DNA of 64,000 nt from the human T2T-CHM13v2.0 reference genome, Homo sapiens. The first letter of the stretch is position 1; each line of letters starts with the position of its first letter. The stretch lies in NCBI RefSeq assembly GCF_009914755.1, contig NC_060942.1. One strand, written 5' to 3'. Below, piece after piece: positions 15,305 through 38,762 of this stretch. Under the pieces are notes generated by a model. The model saw only the letters and a program-made list of their open reading frames with translations. It was not told the DNA's origin and did not search any database. Made by a program: the position numbers and the translations under genes.

Positions 15305-16227
15305 TAGCAGAAGCTCTTTCCTTTTGCTCTCTTCCTTGTGGTAATGTCCGGCCCTCATTTCGAAGAAGATAGCTGCCACTATTTTACTCCTATCACAACA
15401 GGCATGGGAGACAACACTCAGTAAAGATTTATTGGGGCTCTCTAGCATTCCATTCATTTCTTTACACCCGAAATCTGCAGAGAGACATCCTTTATCCTTG
15501 CCCTGTGCTCTGAACCCAAACCAAATTATTCTGATCACCAAGAAAATTAGCTTTAACCTATCTAAAGTTTTTTCCAGACAGCAATGTTGGTGGGCATACA
15601 ACAATATGACTGAAGACTTACAATGCACGTGATTAAACCAGTGAGAGGAACCAGGTCTGCAGCAACTCAAAGATGATCTCATGAAGCAGGCTTAATGTCA
15701 CCATTTTGTACCAATATAAATTATTTAGCTCATGAACTGCTGTCAACCCCTCCCTAAATCATTTCCAAATATGGAGCTAATTAGACCACATGTTGCTCTG
15801 AATCTGATTACAATATATTTGATTAGCACGTAGAGTTTTATCCCAGTAAATTGTCATCATCATAAGGTTGGAAACCCTATTGCCAGGGCATCCTGGAGGG
15901 GAATATACACAATTCAGCCTTTATTAAAATTCTAACTTAGTCAAACTTAATGGTGTTCTTGGTTCTCATCACTAAGTCAAAAGAATGCCGATTTCTCTCT
16001 CTCTCTCATTGATCTCCCCCAAAATTACTAGCGACTTTTTTATGTTTCCTTGGGTTTACTTAACGCAAAATTTCTATTCACCAACCTTGATATCATTTTT
16101 TCCTCCAAAACCATAAATTTGCCTCTTGGATTCCCAATCAAATCAATACTACCCCCACAAAAAGGGAATACCACAAAAGTAGGAAAATTGATGCAAGAAT
16201 AGTGTGTTCCATGCACAACTATTTTGG

Positions 16228-17005
16228 TTTAACTTTTAGATTTCCAATTATTATGGATACATCATAGCTGTACATATGTATCAGATACATGGGATATTTT
16301 GATACATGCATGCAATGTCTAGTGATCAGATCAGGGTGACTGGAGTGTGTATCCATCACCTCAATCATTTATCATTTCTTTGCATTAGAAACATTCCAAT
16401 TGCACTCTTCGTTGTTTTGAAATATACAACAAATTGTTAACTATACTTAGCATATTGTTCTACTATGGATCTTATTCCTTCTATCCCATTTTTATACCCA
16501 TTAACCATCCCATCTTTATCCATCCCTTCCCAACCTCTGCTAACCATCATTCTTCTCTCAATCTCAGTGAGTTCAATAATCTTTAGTTCCCACATGAGAA
16601 AAATGCAATATTTGTCTGTGCCTGGCTTATTTCATTTGACATAATGTCCTCCAATTCCATCCATGTTATTACAAATGACAAAATTTCCTTCTCTTTTATA
16701 GATAAATAATATTCTATTGTGTATATGTGCCACATATTCTTTATCCATTTATCTGCTAATGGATACTTAGGTTGATTCCATGCCTTAGCTATTGTGAATG
16801 GTGCTGCAATAAACACAGGAAAGCAGATGCCTGTAACATACTTATTTTATTTCTTTTAGATATATACCTAGTAGTGGGATTGCAGATAATATATTTCTAT
16901 TTTTAGTTTTTTGAGGAATCACCATACTGTTCTCCATGGTGGCTATACTAATAATATACATTCCCACCAAGAGTGTATGAGGGTTCCCCTTTCTCCATAC
17001 CCTCT
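16228..17005 (-). mobile_element. L1MA 3' fragment (end of ORF2 plus 3' UTR)
   Basis: ORF 16583-16816 (MFIAAPFTIAKAWNQPKYP...) matches the L1 ORF2p C-terminus. Confidence 0.9.
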
Positions 17006-17665
17006 AGTATTTTAAATTATTTTGATATTTGAGGCTCAGCTCATTACCCTTCCTCCATGAAGTCCTTCTTTAAGCGTCCCAGAAAGAAAACAATATCTAA
17101 TGTTCTCATTCTCTGAATCTTATTGGGCATTAGCCCATGTTCCTTGTATTGGTAATTTATTATTTTATGTACATTAGCTCATTTCACAACTAGATCATAA
17201 CTTTATTGAATCATTAACGCCTTTGACAACCATTCACTAAGCAACAACTCTGACACTGAACTACATGGTACAGTTACAGAAGTGAGTAAGAAAAACAATT
17301 GTCTTCTAGAAGTTCACAGCACTGTCAAAGAAGCAGTGGTTTGTATACTGCTTTGTGTCCCCAGGACACAAAGTTAAATTATGAAAATGGTAAGTGATAT
17401 CAATAGTATAAAATAACATATAGACTTCTCAAATGGCAAGAGATTCAATTCTTTATAAAATTGACAGTCCTTCATTATTCACTTCCCTGAAGAATTTGAA
17501 GCAATGACTTCTAAGTCCTCTTAAGATTCTGAAGATTCTTTTTGCCATGGTATGCTAACCAGTCTCACTCATCTCGGCAAAGCTTCATCTTAACAGAGAA
17601 CCATCTTGATTTTTACTTGGAGTAGTTCCAAGAAAAGAAATACTCTCCACTCTCCTTCAACTCAA

Positions 17666-22303
<4,638 letters not shown>

Positions 22304-23510
22304 AATATTAATATTATTTGTGATTAAAATATTTTTCCCGATAGTTTTCAATGTTAATCACAAATAAAGTTTTCCGATTAATATTAAATACTATAGGGGA
22401 AAATATTTGTGTGCAAATTTTAACCCATTGTTCCAAGTATCATAAAGCAGACTCTATTGTAAATTGTTATGATCCTTTTGGGATCATGAGAGCTCAACTC
22501 CTAATATCCATAATCAACATTAAATAAAAATTTATGTAATATCTTTCCTATTCTTCTTTATTACGCAAATCACAGAGATAATCTACACTTAAAAAGCTCT
22601 GATTCTGGATAGTGAATGATTAATTAATAACACCCTGAACTATTCCTACAGAGAGATGTTTAATGTCACAAGACGTGTCATTGCCTCATTCATTCTGCTC
22701 AGTGTAGCATCAATTTTCTCCTTGTACCCCAATTTTAAAAAGCACTTTTTCCTCAGAATAGTTGGAATGGTGGAACACTCCATCAACACAAGCATTCCCA
22801 AGAACGTTTTACATAAAGGAAAAGAATGCACCCCAAACAATAATATAGGTTAACTCTTTAGATATTTTTATTAGTAGGTATTCTAGACAGAATTTGCTCT
22901 ACCTAAATACTGCAATGTATTCAATACTCTAGACACCAAAAGAAGAAAAGGCATGCTATCGGTGCCATTCAGAAGACTGTATTCACTGAGATCATTTCTG
23001 TCTAGATCTCATGCATATTTGTTCCACCTGAATGAATGATACTGGTGAGGCTTTCTGTGACTAAGAGCCTCATCATCACTGTCCCATGGAGGCAGACAGA
23101 AATTCTAGATTCTACTTTGTGTTTGCCAGGACTGGCTGTCATAGAAATTATTACCATAATTCCATTTCTGCTTCATTTTCACCACTTTAGATGCCTCGCT
23201 CAGCTTTCTCATATTACTGCCCCCATAGGCTTTTTCTCCCACACCTCCTAGAATCTGCTTTCTGACCCTTTAAAAGTCAAGCATGTGAGAATATCTTTGT
23301 ACGATCCCTCCTAGAAATACTTGTGTCAACAACTGAAATAAAATTTCATCCAACAGCTAGCAGGTTGTGGGAAAGGTGTCTTGCAAGAGGAGAGCTAAGG
23401 TAGGGCTCTCCCAAGAAGGCCATGAAATCACACCATGCACACAGTGCTCAAATCCACCTGTGAAATGACTGGCCTGGAGTAAGAAATAAGGTTCTAGAAA
23501 AAAGTTATAC

Positions 23511-23630
23511 CTCAAATTGACCATATTCCTGCTGCATGACTGGCATTTATTAAATGTGACATTTTCTTTGGCACTCTTATATCCTACCATTGTTTAATGA
23601 CTGAGGAATTTAGGAAATCAGGAATTAGTG
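23511..23630 (-). other. Candidate exon (120 nt)
   Basis: Strong acceptor ttttcctctctctccgacag, donor GAG|GTATAA, and acaATGg at 23590. Confidence 0.25.
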
Positions 23631-24168
23631 CTGTCGGAGAGAGAGGAAAAGTTTGCCAAATAGTTGTATAAAGAAAGACAGTTGTACCTGAGCTATGTCT
23701 GCTTAAAGGTCAAATTAAGCATATCCATACTGCTTCCGAATAATGGGACAAGTAAATACATGCCCCCCTACACCCCTCGCTTAAAGGAGATTTCACCATG
23801 ACAAGCAGAGTGTCATTTATTAGGCTGCTTTCAGACAAATGCACTCAAATTCATCTAATTACAAGATGTGGTCTGTCCAGAAGCTTCCTCAGCACAGCCC
23901 AGTGAAGAAAAGCATCAGTAATTGCTCAAAATGTGTCAAGTACACAGTCTTTCAAGTAGGGAAGTTTAAAAATGCCATTTCACACAACAATGGATTTGTT
24001 ACTAAATATTCTTGACAGAATACCTAGGAAATGTGAAGCCAAAGGGTATCTATGGGTATATTACACCCTGCTCAATGCATGTATCCCTTCATTCAATCAT
24101 TGAGTAGTTATAAGCTTTAGAGGTTACTGATGCCCAAGTGAGGTTCTTAGTATTCCTGTCATAAGTAC

Positions 24169-24180
24169 ATATATATATAT

Positions 24181-24214
<34 letters not shown>

Positions 24215-24222
24215 GAGAGAGG
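24169..24222. repeat. Compound (TA)n(CA)n(GA)n microsatellite
   Basis: Directly visible. Confidence 0.95.
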
Positions 24223-24452
24223 GATGGGGAGAAAGAGAGATGGGGTGAGGGAGAAAGAGAGATGGGGTGAGGGAGAAAGAGAGATGGGGTGGTGGAGAAA
24301 GAGAGATGGGGTGGGGGAGAAAGATGGGGTGGGGGAGAAAGAGATGGGGTGGGGGAGAAAGAGATGGGGTGGGGGAGAAAGAGAGATGGGGTGGGAGAGA
24401 AAGAGAGATGGGGTGGGGGAGAAAGAGGGATGGGGTGGGGGAGAAAGAGAGA
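24223..24452. repeat. G-rich minisatellite, unit ~GAGAAAGAGAGATGGGGTGGGG, about 10 copies
   Basis: Tandem 18-24 nt units that vary in GA count. Confidence 0.95.
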
Positions 24453-26319
24453 ACCCCAGTGATGGGGACAAAAAGAGTGTTAAACTAAATCCTGAGCAAT
24501 CTACATTTGCCCTCTTATTTTTCCCCTCTCACCCTGGGTAATGGTTTTTGTACCTAAAAAATGGTAACTTACCTAGACAAAGCAAAATTGGAATGGTAGC
24601 ATGACCCAGCCAAAAGAACTTCATAAGTAGCACCAAAAGATAAGATGAGAGAGAGAAAAGATCGAGGAAAGAGTGATCAGAACTGTAAAACAAGAATAGA
24701 CAATAAAGTATAAGGGAAATTATGTCCTTTTATACCCCTATAGTCTTTTGTACAATCTTTTCTTATTCATCTGGAGCCAGGGAACAGTTATAAATAAATA
24801 TTTCTCATTTCCACTGATCCATGTATATCAAAGTGATACTGCACTTTTCTTCTCAGGGGCCACGATATCATTAGAAGACTTTTAATGCAGTGAAATCTCA
24901 TAGCAAACTTTCAAGTTAGCACCTTCAAGAATTCAGCCACATATCAGTAGACTGTCATTAAATGTAATAGAGTGAGGTCCTCTACAAGCCAGACATCCAT
25001 GTGCTAGGTGCAAGGGAAACATCAGTGGAGACAAACATGATGCCTGCCCTGGTGGGAAATTTGGTCCAGTGAGATGGGGCAAGGTTACAGGGGACAGTGA
25101 GGTTGTGCAGTAAAAAAATAACTAGCAACTTTGGGCCAGGTCTACCATTCCTGTGCTGAAGCTGAAAGCAGAGGACCCCCTCCAGCCAGGCATGGACTAT
25201 TCCTACCCATTTTGTGTAGGTGAGTTGGTGATATCATCTTCAGAAGGAAAGAGCCCCACTGTCTGTGTCTCTGAGTTATGGCTCTAGGGAAACCACTCAA
25301 ATTACAGGAAAGTTCACGCTAGAAGACTTTTATTTCTATTTATTTTTCAATCCAAGTCATTGCACCAACCCTTCAAATGCCTCCAGATGACTGAGTCATG
25401 AACACTCTTGTCAGTGGTACTTGACATTAACTAGATTGATTGCACCAGAATAGAAATCAGCTGCATGATAAGTGATTATGGCTTTTCTGAACTGGAGGGG
25501 GTATGGATCTATCTTCTATCAAGACTTTCAAAGTCAGGAGCACAGGATAAAATTAATATATTTTAACGCAATGAGGCTTATCTTCCTTTTCACTAGCATC
25601 AGCATATAATGAGGTACTTTACCCCATGTTATGCAATAGTACATTCAAACTGAACCAAACTGTAATGGCAATTAGACTCTGTATTTAATTAAAAGCTCAA
25701 GATGTATTCTCATGCATTATTCTTTACATCAATTTATATTTATAGTCCAATTCTGACAATTATGTATTGCTTATGTATCAAATTCTTCTTTTGCTCACAC
25801 TGAAAAACAAAGACTTAAAATATCTGATTTAAGGATTTGATAATGTATTTGGAGACAGCAAGTAAATATGTGTGAAATAATTTATAAATAAGCAAGTACT
25901 AAGCTATATGAAACAGAACCAATTAACACATAGTAAAATTCTAAGTGAAGGCAATTAGAGAATAAAATTTATGTCATTATGAATAAGCTTCTCATTGTAT
26001 GATATAGTGAAATTAAGATAGGAATGATCAAGCAGCTAATATTTCATCAAAAAAAAGGGAAGGACTCCCTGAGCAAGATATAACAATTTCAAAAGTTTGT
26101 GTTGCACATGTAGAGCAGAGACCAGGTCTTATCAGTCATATGTCCTGCCTCCCACAGGGTCACCCATATGGGTGTGTGAGTCCACAGGCTATTTTTTGTG
26201 GGGTCCTGATCTAATTAAACAACATGATTTAAAACTGTATTAAAAATGCGTGAGCCTTTCTGATGTATAGTGACGTACTGATGAAGCTTTGGAATACTGG
26301 ATAGAAAAGAGGTACCTAC

Positions 26320-26451
26320 ATATTTGTTTAGTGCCCGATCTGCACGAGAAGATCCTTTACAGTGTCCAGGAACCAACCCTTCTTGTTCAGATCCAGGAAC
26401 TATCCCTTTGTGGCTTTTGTCAGATGTACCATTCTTGGCTACCTTCTACCA
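26320..26451 (-). other. Candidate exon (132 nt)
   Basis: ctgac branch-like motif followed by tttttcttaag (rarer AAG acceptor); donor TAT|GTAGGT. Confidence 0.15.
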
Positions 26452-27632
26452 CTTAAGAAAAAGTCAGAAACGTCATTATTACTCAAAATTCTTTAGAACC
26501 TGTTTATATGGAAACAATGTTGACCTTCATGCCTTAGAATTTGCATAATACCTTATTTAATGCTGGTTACATCATTACTAATGATGTCGCATTATCTATA
26601 AATACTGGCTTTGTACAATTCTCAGGTTATTGCTGTGCTTAGTTGTTGATGGGCACAAATTCAAGTCTTATCTAAAGTATGCGGGAAATGTGAATAATTC
26701 ATGTTGAGCATACAGTTCAAAATCTTCAAGTACAAATGCAGAACACATTCTCCAACCATGTCTTTTCTTGAATTCATTATGCCATAATCACTGCATTCCT
26801 AGAATGTGATCTCTTTCAAGTTAACTGCACTCCTGCCTTCCAAATACCATCATCACACCTGTGAGCGGAGGGGGAAAAAAGGATTCCCATTCACAAGGAA
26901 TGTTTGTGTTTTATTTATCACTGCATAAGACTGAACCAGGAAAGCTCAATGTCACATCAATAGGAGGCAATTCAGAGAGAACGTCTGCCCAAAGGACCTG
27001 TCAGTATTGGGGAGCAACAGTCTCAACAGCCAGGAGGAAATAAGTACAGCCACCCCAGGAGGACTGCCTGACACTGGCATAGAGCTGGCAGGGGATGAGG
27101 TAACTGCCCCGGGTGCCAGCTTTGGGGAACACACATGATAAAGAATACCTCCTGTCACTCCCACCACCCTTCGGCACTATGGACCAAAGGGAACACTGCA
27201 GTGGGAACATTGATGGGCAGAGGCCAATACAACACATGGCTCAAATCCATGGGTCATCAACAGACGACTGGTAGTCCAGAACCCTAAACCCATCTGTTAT
27301 CTAGTATAAGTGAGAGTTATCCTAAATAAGCATATCAGCAAATTCTGGTTGTCCAGTCTTATGCAATTCTGTGAACGCTATTTTACACAGACTAGCAGAA
27401 GCAATCATCTTGCTACCACACCACCCTCCTGGAACTGGGGCTTATTCACAGAGCCCCAGGGAGATCCCACTGGATTGTAGGATAGAGAGTGAGAGAGCAC
27501 TCTACAGAGAAGGGGAGACCAAGGACCATGCAGGTCCAGGTCCAGGCTCAGGATGACCACTCCAGATGGTATTGCCAGTTATGGCCAGTCCTAGACACCA
27601 GAGTGAGACTTACAGAAGATTGAGACATGTGT

Positions 27633-27930
27633 GGCCAGGCGCAGTGGCTCACAACTGTAATCCCAACTCTTTGGGAGGCCTAGGCGTGTGTATCACCTGA
27701 GGTCAGCAGTTCAAGACCAGCCTGGCAAAATCCCATCTCTACAAAAAATTTAGCTGGGCATAGTGAAGAACACCTGGAATCCCAGCCACGAGAGAGGCTG
27801 AGGCAGGAGAATTGCTTGAACCCAGGAGACGGAGACTGCAGTGAGCCAAAATTTTGTGCCACTGCACTCCTGCTGCCTGGGCAACAGAGCAAGACTCTGT
27901 CTCCAAAAAAAAAAAAAAAAAAAAAAAAAA
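27633..27930 (+). mobile_element. AluS
   Basis: Dimer with small deletions and an A26 tail; degenerate TSD gagacatgtg/gagataggtg. Confidence 0.95.
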
Positions 27931-28444
27931 GGGAGATAGGTGCTTTTCATGATCAAGACCCATGCCACGCATGCCAAGGTCTATGGTCTATGCTTAAAGC
28001 CCCTGTCTGAATGGCAGCTCTGGCTGCAGCCCATCTCAAGAAATGCAGGACATCTTAAGGAGGCTCTCCAATACAAGGGACCCATTGAACCCTGTGGTCT
28101 GAGGCAGAGACCTCACTAGCTCAAATCTAAGGGCAAAATTAACCTCCACAGCACTTCATATAATTCAAGGTAAGCATTAAGTCATGCTGAATTTGATCAA
28201 GTCTCAAACCATTCTTATTCAGTGTAGTCTATGAAAGGAAAACAGGAATGTCACAAAGAGCAGGGCACCCCTTTTCCTTTTCCTCCACTATTCCCCAAGT
28301 AAATTGAAGATTGTTTTTCATCTTGCAAACTAATCCAGAATACAAAAACTATTGAGAACTGGCAGCTGGAATTCTTTCCCCTTCATCCCAGCTGGAAGCC
28401 ACAGGCATTGGTATGGGAAATTCTGATTTTATTCTGTTGAACAG

Positions 28445-29250
28445 AAGCTATTTCAGCTTCCGTGGGGCTTGAGGCTCACACAATTTTGAGAGCCTTCTTT
28501 AGGAAAAAGGATGAAAAAAACTAAAATACAAAATTAAGTACAAATGTAAATATTTATTCATAATGAGGAAAGTCACAACAAATGACAAATTTTAAAAGCC
28601 AACATAAAATTTTGCACATAAACATACTTGGTATTTATAGCACTACTGTGAGTTTATTTCCTACAAACACAAGAACTATGGAAATTTTATTTTGTGTGGT
28701 CTCCATAAAAAAGAGTACAATGTGTATCTCATTATATATACTGCATTTTCAATTACTTCTGGCAGAGAAAACTTCTGAATTGACAAGGTGTTGATGAGAA
28801 CCTAATTTTCCATTTATAATAATTTTATATGTCTGATGACTAGCTTCTGGCTTCATACATTTAACCTTTCATTCTCTTTAATGATACATATATTTCTGTT
28901 CAAATTGTGATAAAATAAGTCTATGTTTTCATGACATTGGTTGAATTGGCAAAGAGGGAGAAAGTTGGTAGATTACTGGATGTCATTTTTACACTGGGAC
29001 AGCAATAATTTAACTGGATACATGAAATTCTTGGAAAACTACACAACAATATTCCAGTAAGTCAAAAAGGGAAGTTGGACTGGGAAAACTCTTGGACTTA
29101 ATAAATCGAAGTCAAAATAGCTTCCTATTGCAAACTTTACAGAGCCATTATCACCATGGATACACATTGCTAAGGCTCTTCCCTGGGCCTGGGAATAGTC
29201 CCATGAATGTGAGGGTTTCTGCATTAGCTTCATGTAAAGCCATCTCTGCT
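28445..29250. mobile_element. hAT-Tip100 relic (Zaphod/MER115-like)
   Basis: Left end cagcttccgtggggcttgaggctcacacaatttt...aatacaaaattaagtac; right end cattagcttcatgtaaagccatctctg. Confidence 0.65.
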
Positions 29251-29306
29251 ACTGAAACAAGCAACTTTCTGCAATAAGGACAATGATGTGAAATTCTGAG
29301 TGTCTC

Positions 29307-29691
29307 TATATTAGTTCATTCTCACGCTGCTAAAAAAAAGACATACCTGAGACTGGGTAATTTATAAAGAAAAAGAGGTTTAAATGGACGCACACTTCCA
29401 CACGGCTGGGGAGGCCTCACAATCACGGCATAAGGCAAAGGAGGAGCAAAGTCACATCTTACATGATGGCAGGGCCATCAGGCAAGAGAACAATCAGTGC
29501 CCAGCAAAAGGGGAAACCCCTTATAAAACCATCAGATCTCATGACAACTAACTCACTGTCTGGAGAACAGGATGGGGGAAACCTCCCCTGTAATTCAATT
29601 ATCTCCACCTGGCCCCTTCCATGACACATGGGGATTATGGGAACTACAATTCAAGATGAGATTTGGGTGGGAACACAGCCAAACCACATCA
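29307..29691 (-). mobile_element. THE1 (B/C-like) MaLR solo LTR
   Basis: gacatacctgagactgggtaatttataaag...gagatttgggtgggaacacagccaaacc; 5-bp TSD gtctc on both sides. Confidence 0.92.
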
Positions 29692-30799
29692 GTCTCCATC
29701 CATAAACTGACAAGTAGGTTGCATGGGTAAAATGACTTGAAAGGGATCTACTACATATGATGATGTACTTATTCACTTTAAATGGAAATAGTAAACATGT
29801 AATTCATGTAGCTCTCTAACTTATCTGGTTGAATTTCCATAAGAAAGTGGGCAGAGATCTGGAGTGGTTTGATACAAATACTGCTCCTTTCAGTAAAGCT
29901 TGGCTTCAACATGATATGTCTTTTGGACTATTTTCTTTTCACATTGAATGTAACCAACAAACCACAGATTTCTCTTGTAGAATCTCCATTCTTTTCTGGA
30001 CACACACGTTTGTTTTCCTCATGAAATCAGCAAGAAGCCTCTGTAATCAAGGAAAACCAGCTTCTACTCATCCCCCCATCCATTCTGCCTGCTCAGTTAC
30101 ATTTTGTGAATTGCCTCCATGATTTTCTGTGTTATTTATGTTAAATGGTCTTTCTAGTTATCTGTGTTTCTGCATTATTGATATCAGGTTCTCAAATGCC
30201 AAGTTTGATAGGATGATTTTTAAAGAGTTAAATCCTTAGTGATGAATACTTGCTTCTATCTTTTTCCATGTTGACTTCCAAAAGCCATTCAGAAGAATGA
30301 AAATGGAAATAATCATTTTCAGTAGGACAAGTAGTCAGAGAAAACCCTAGGCCCCAAATTAGAATAAGTGCTGCCAAAAGCAGCTGTGGCTTTCCAATGC
30401 ATGAAGCCTCAGAGCAAGCGGTAACAGGAAAGACAGAGGAAACAAGGAGTCCTAGGGACCTAGCTGTGGTCAGCTGCAAAGAAATGATAGCAGAATGAAG
30501 GGATGAAAGATCCCAGACAGCCTCAGCACAAATACACCCTTAGAAGTGAGAGGATCCCCTTGGAATTCCATATCTGTGTCTCTTGGCGGTAGTGGCCAGG
30601 AAAAGATACGGTGGATTTGTCAGACAGGTGGTAAAAACCCTATGAACTAAGTCAGGTTTGGAGAGATCAAGATGACATATCTAACAGAGGCACCATATAT
30701 GAAAGAAATGGCAACAAAAAAGAGATCCTGTCATTTAAGGACTAGAAGGGCTACCCCCTCTTTTCCCTTTTTCTCTACTATCACCATAAAAAAATTCCT

Positions 30800-34279
<3,480 letters not shown>

Positions 34280-34280
<1 letters not shown>

Positions 34281-34790
34281 ATCTGGCTATTCTCCATTTT
34301 TCTCTAACCAGATTGATAATTCACTGCCCACCCCCAACCCTTCCGTGTCTTGCTCTCTGTGCTGAAAGCATGACGGATCTGAATTGCATCAACAGGGCTT
34401 GCTTGCCATCTCACTTCCAGTGGGTTTGGTAAATGGGGGGTCATATGCAGGTGTGTGGGAAAAGAGGCAAGTCGGAGTATTTCTTTTCCACATCTCTCCA
34501 CCGTACTGCCAAATATCTGGCAATGATTTCATCTAACAACAACTACAACCCCTGCCTTGGAGGCAGCCTTCCTCCATGACTCCAGCTGTCCCATGGCTCT
34601 GGTAACTATCTAATCCCCTTTACCGGACCCCCTCCCAGGTCTAGGGAAAGTAAATTTTCTAACTAGTCTCTGGGTGTCTCAGCTTTCTATTTCCTTAATA
34701 CTGCTAACCTCTATAAAAATTCATTTCATTAAATCTACTCAGTAGAACTATCTTAGTTGAATTCTGTTTCCTGCTGGGGCTCTGATTTAT
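34280..34790 (+). mobile_element. LTR33 (ERVL) solo LTR
   Basis: tgcatcaacagggcttgcttgcc...cttccagtgggtttgg...ttcattaaa...tctgtttcctgctggg. Confidence 0.7.
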
Positions 34791-36739
34791 GTGACATGCT
34801 ATCTTTTATATAAGAATGAAAGAAAAATAGTTGATTAGTGTTTGCTTCCATTTACATAAAGAAATATTGGGGAAGGGTACACAAGGGTTCAATGTGAGTC
34901 TGACCTTCAGGAGGTGATGGATAAATAGGAACAGGGGCAAGATTATTCATTCACATCCTTTTTGTAGCATTTTAATTGTTAAAATAGTACATAGGAACGT
35001 ACAATGTTCTTTAAACACAAAACAAAAAAAAAGAATATATGTAGGATTATACAGGGTAATAAATCAAGCTTGGTTAAGGAAAAATAATAAGTCTGTTCTC
35101 CAGATATTGATAGAAAACAATCTCCCAAGATGTAAGTGGAAAAAATATGTAGAAAAATGTGTATAAAATGTTTCTATTTGTGAAGAACAAAGGAAGGAGG
35201 GTAAGAGAAAGAGGCAGAAAGAGGAAGAGAGAGAGGGGAAAGAGAGGGGAAGATTGAATAGGCATATACACTTATATGTGCATAGAATATCTCAGTAAAC
35301 AAGAAACACCTAACACTGAATACCTGGAGGAGAGGAATTAGAAGGAATAGAATGAATTTTTTTTACCTTCTATCCTTTCATGTTTAAAAAGAAGTTTACT
35401 GTGCTCATTATGTTTTCAATTAATAAAAATTAAGCCAAATAATTAAAAGAACAAAAGTGCATGTAACAAATTAGCATTGTCTTGAAACTTGACATAAAGT
35501 CCTTTTCGGATATTTTATATTTTAGTGGAAAACTCATTCCAAGTCAGAAAGTATGAAACCAGAACACCATTGTTCTTACAAAATGACTCAAAATCATCAT
35601 CCAATTGGAGTATTTTCATAGGAAAGGAAAGTTGTTTTTTGTAATTTTCATGTGTTACATTCCTTTTCACCTCAATTTTTACAGGAAACTTCAAATACAA
35701 TTTCTGACTATCCTCCACAGTCAATTGCGAGGCATTAGACAATTATGAACTGACTGAGATTGCATCATTGAAAATTTCACCAAAAACAAAATTTAGCAAA
35801 GGGTAGAACTGAACGGGTTAGGTTGTAAAACACAACTGGTCTGTGGCAACATTCCCCATGTGGGTTTATTCTCATCACCTGGTTAATTGACTTAAAAAGT
35901 AAAAAAGTGTGGGGAGAAACAGTAAAGCTATAAGATTGTATCATATAAATTGAAAGGTTGCTTTTACTTTTGATGGAATGTTTTCTTTTACTGAACTCAG
36001 CCTAACTAGTTTGCCAGTAAATTCTCAAAGCTGGTTTGGGACTGCCTCAGTAGTTTCTTTATCCTAGAAACAAAACAACGTAACAGGGCTAAATCAGTTG
36101 GATTATTTTAAGTTCTTTTCTTTTCTGATAAAAAAAGAAAAGAAAAAAGAAAATTCTCCTTGTGTACCTTTCTGCCTCAAAATCTATGACATCTATTAAA
36201 CCTCTATTTGTTGTGTTAAATATTAACGCCTATTATCTTATAATATGTATAGAAGAGCTATTGTTGAAATAAATAAATGGTGATAGGGCCAAGTGTATTT
36301 CATTGAGATCCACAGTGCAGAAATTCTAACTGCATATTCCAGCAGGATGATACCTACTCCAGTTTATAGCATACTTCTCAAACAATTATAATTAATCCTA
36401 AAATATAGAATTCCATCTGAAAGTAAATTTAAGATCCTTTTGTACTAAGAAAAAAACTCTAATATATCTAATGTCAGCTTGATTTTTGAGCAATTCATTA
36501 AATGCTTTCAGTGTGCCCCTTATAGGCTTTAAACCAAAGTTCACTCTCAAATACTTCTGCTTCTCTGCCAGAAAAGAAAACACAAGTGACAAGAAAAGGG
36601 TTTTTTAACATTAAAAAAATTCATTAAGTAGCTTATGTTTATTTTAGAAAAAGAATATATGAATAAATCAATGAAATTACCAGTATTTCTGGCAATGTGT
36701 ATTTTCTTTCTGCTCATCTAATTTTTTTCCTTCTTTTAT

Positions 36740-37070
36740 AATAATCAAACAGGCTACGAATATTTCATACAACCTTTGACAAGGCAATTTCACTTTTAGT
36801 AATTTATTGTAAGAAAATAATTAAGATCGTGTACAAAGATTTGTTTACAAGATGTTCATGGTGGTATTTTTTATAACAGTGAAGAATTGATAACAACTTA
36901 CATGTCAAAAATAGGGTATAAGTTTTAATGAATTATGATACATCCCAACAAAGGCATAGCCTTTTAAAAATAATGTTGCAGAAGACTACTGATTGCCTCA
37001 GAGTTATGTTCATGCTCCACTGTTTAATATAAAAGCAGGTTACAAATTATGATTCAAGTGTATATGCTTA
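36740..37070 (+). mobile_element. L1ME 3' fragment
   Basis: caacctttgacaaggcaatttcactt...caagatgttcat...aaaagcaggttacaaa. Confidence 0.65.
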
Positions 37071-37361
37071 TGAATTTCAAAAACAAACAAAACCCTTTTC
37101 GAGTGTCTGTTATCTGTTAGGTATCCTACCAGGTGTTAGGGACACAACAGTGAATAGGATAGAGATTTTTATCTTTCCTGGGGCTTCTTTTAGTCAGGAC
37201 ACAGACCAGTAAACATGCAATAACTATATAGTTTAAGATTTGTTGAAATATCAAGAAGCAAAATGAATTAACAACAGATTATAGGGGATGGAGGGGACAG
37301 GGAGTCAGAAGTTGGGGAATGGAGTATAATACTCCAGGATGCTTGCCCTGAATAGAGTGAT

Positions 37362-38209
<848 letters not shown>

Positions 38210-38762
38210 GTCAGGTTAAGGATGAAAAAGGAAGAAGAGTAGGAAAGGGGTCCAGGAAGAGAAGCCAGACATGAAAGTTCCCAAGGAGACTGAAATCACA
38301 ACATGTCCAATGAAGAGGATAAAGTTCAATGGGGATTGAGCCTAGAACTGATGAGAGAAGAGAGAATCAGAAAAAAAATTATAAAGGTAGCTATTTAACA
38401 AAAGAGACAAGGAGGATAAAAAGATGATCGCTTGTGCAAAAGAAATATATTTTTAATGGCAGAGAAAGAGTTGGTTTTCAGGAGAATAAAAAAAATTTGA
38501 AATTTAGAAGAAATCTAGAAAAGGGGTGGGGCATAGCAGCCAAGAACTTGGTCATTGTGCCACACAGAGCTGAAGGATCAAGATCAGGTTAACACTGCAG
38601 AAAAAAGATCCTTAGACTTAACTGCTAGATGGCCACTTCAATAACCTGACCTATTTCCAGGCTTAGATATCAGGAGAAGAAATATATATGGTACAATTAC
38701 ATTTTTATCTATTTTTGCTTTCTTATATTTTGAATTTTTCCTACCTTTGCACAATCACCCAC

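Noticed and set aside
14937-15682. 189-aa and 109-aa ORFs
   Set aside because: They run through an antisense Alu, and the non-Alu part resembles no protein I know.
24124-24541. Repetitive ORFs and a CRISPR-like periodic look
   Set aside because: Tandem minisatellite without unique spacers; eukaryotic DNA with no cas genes.
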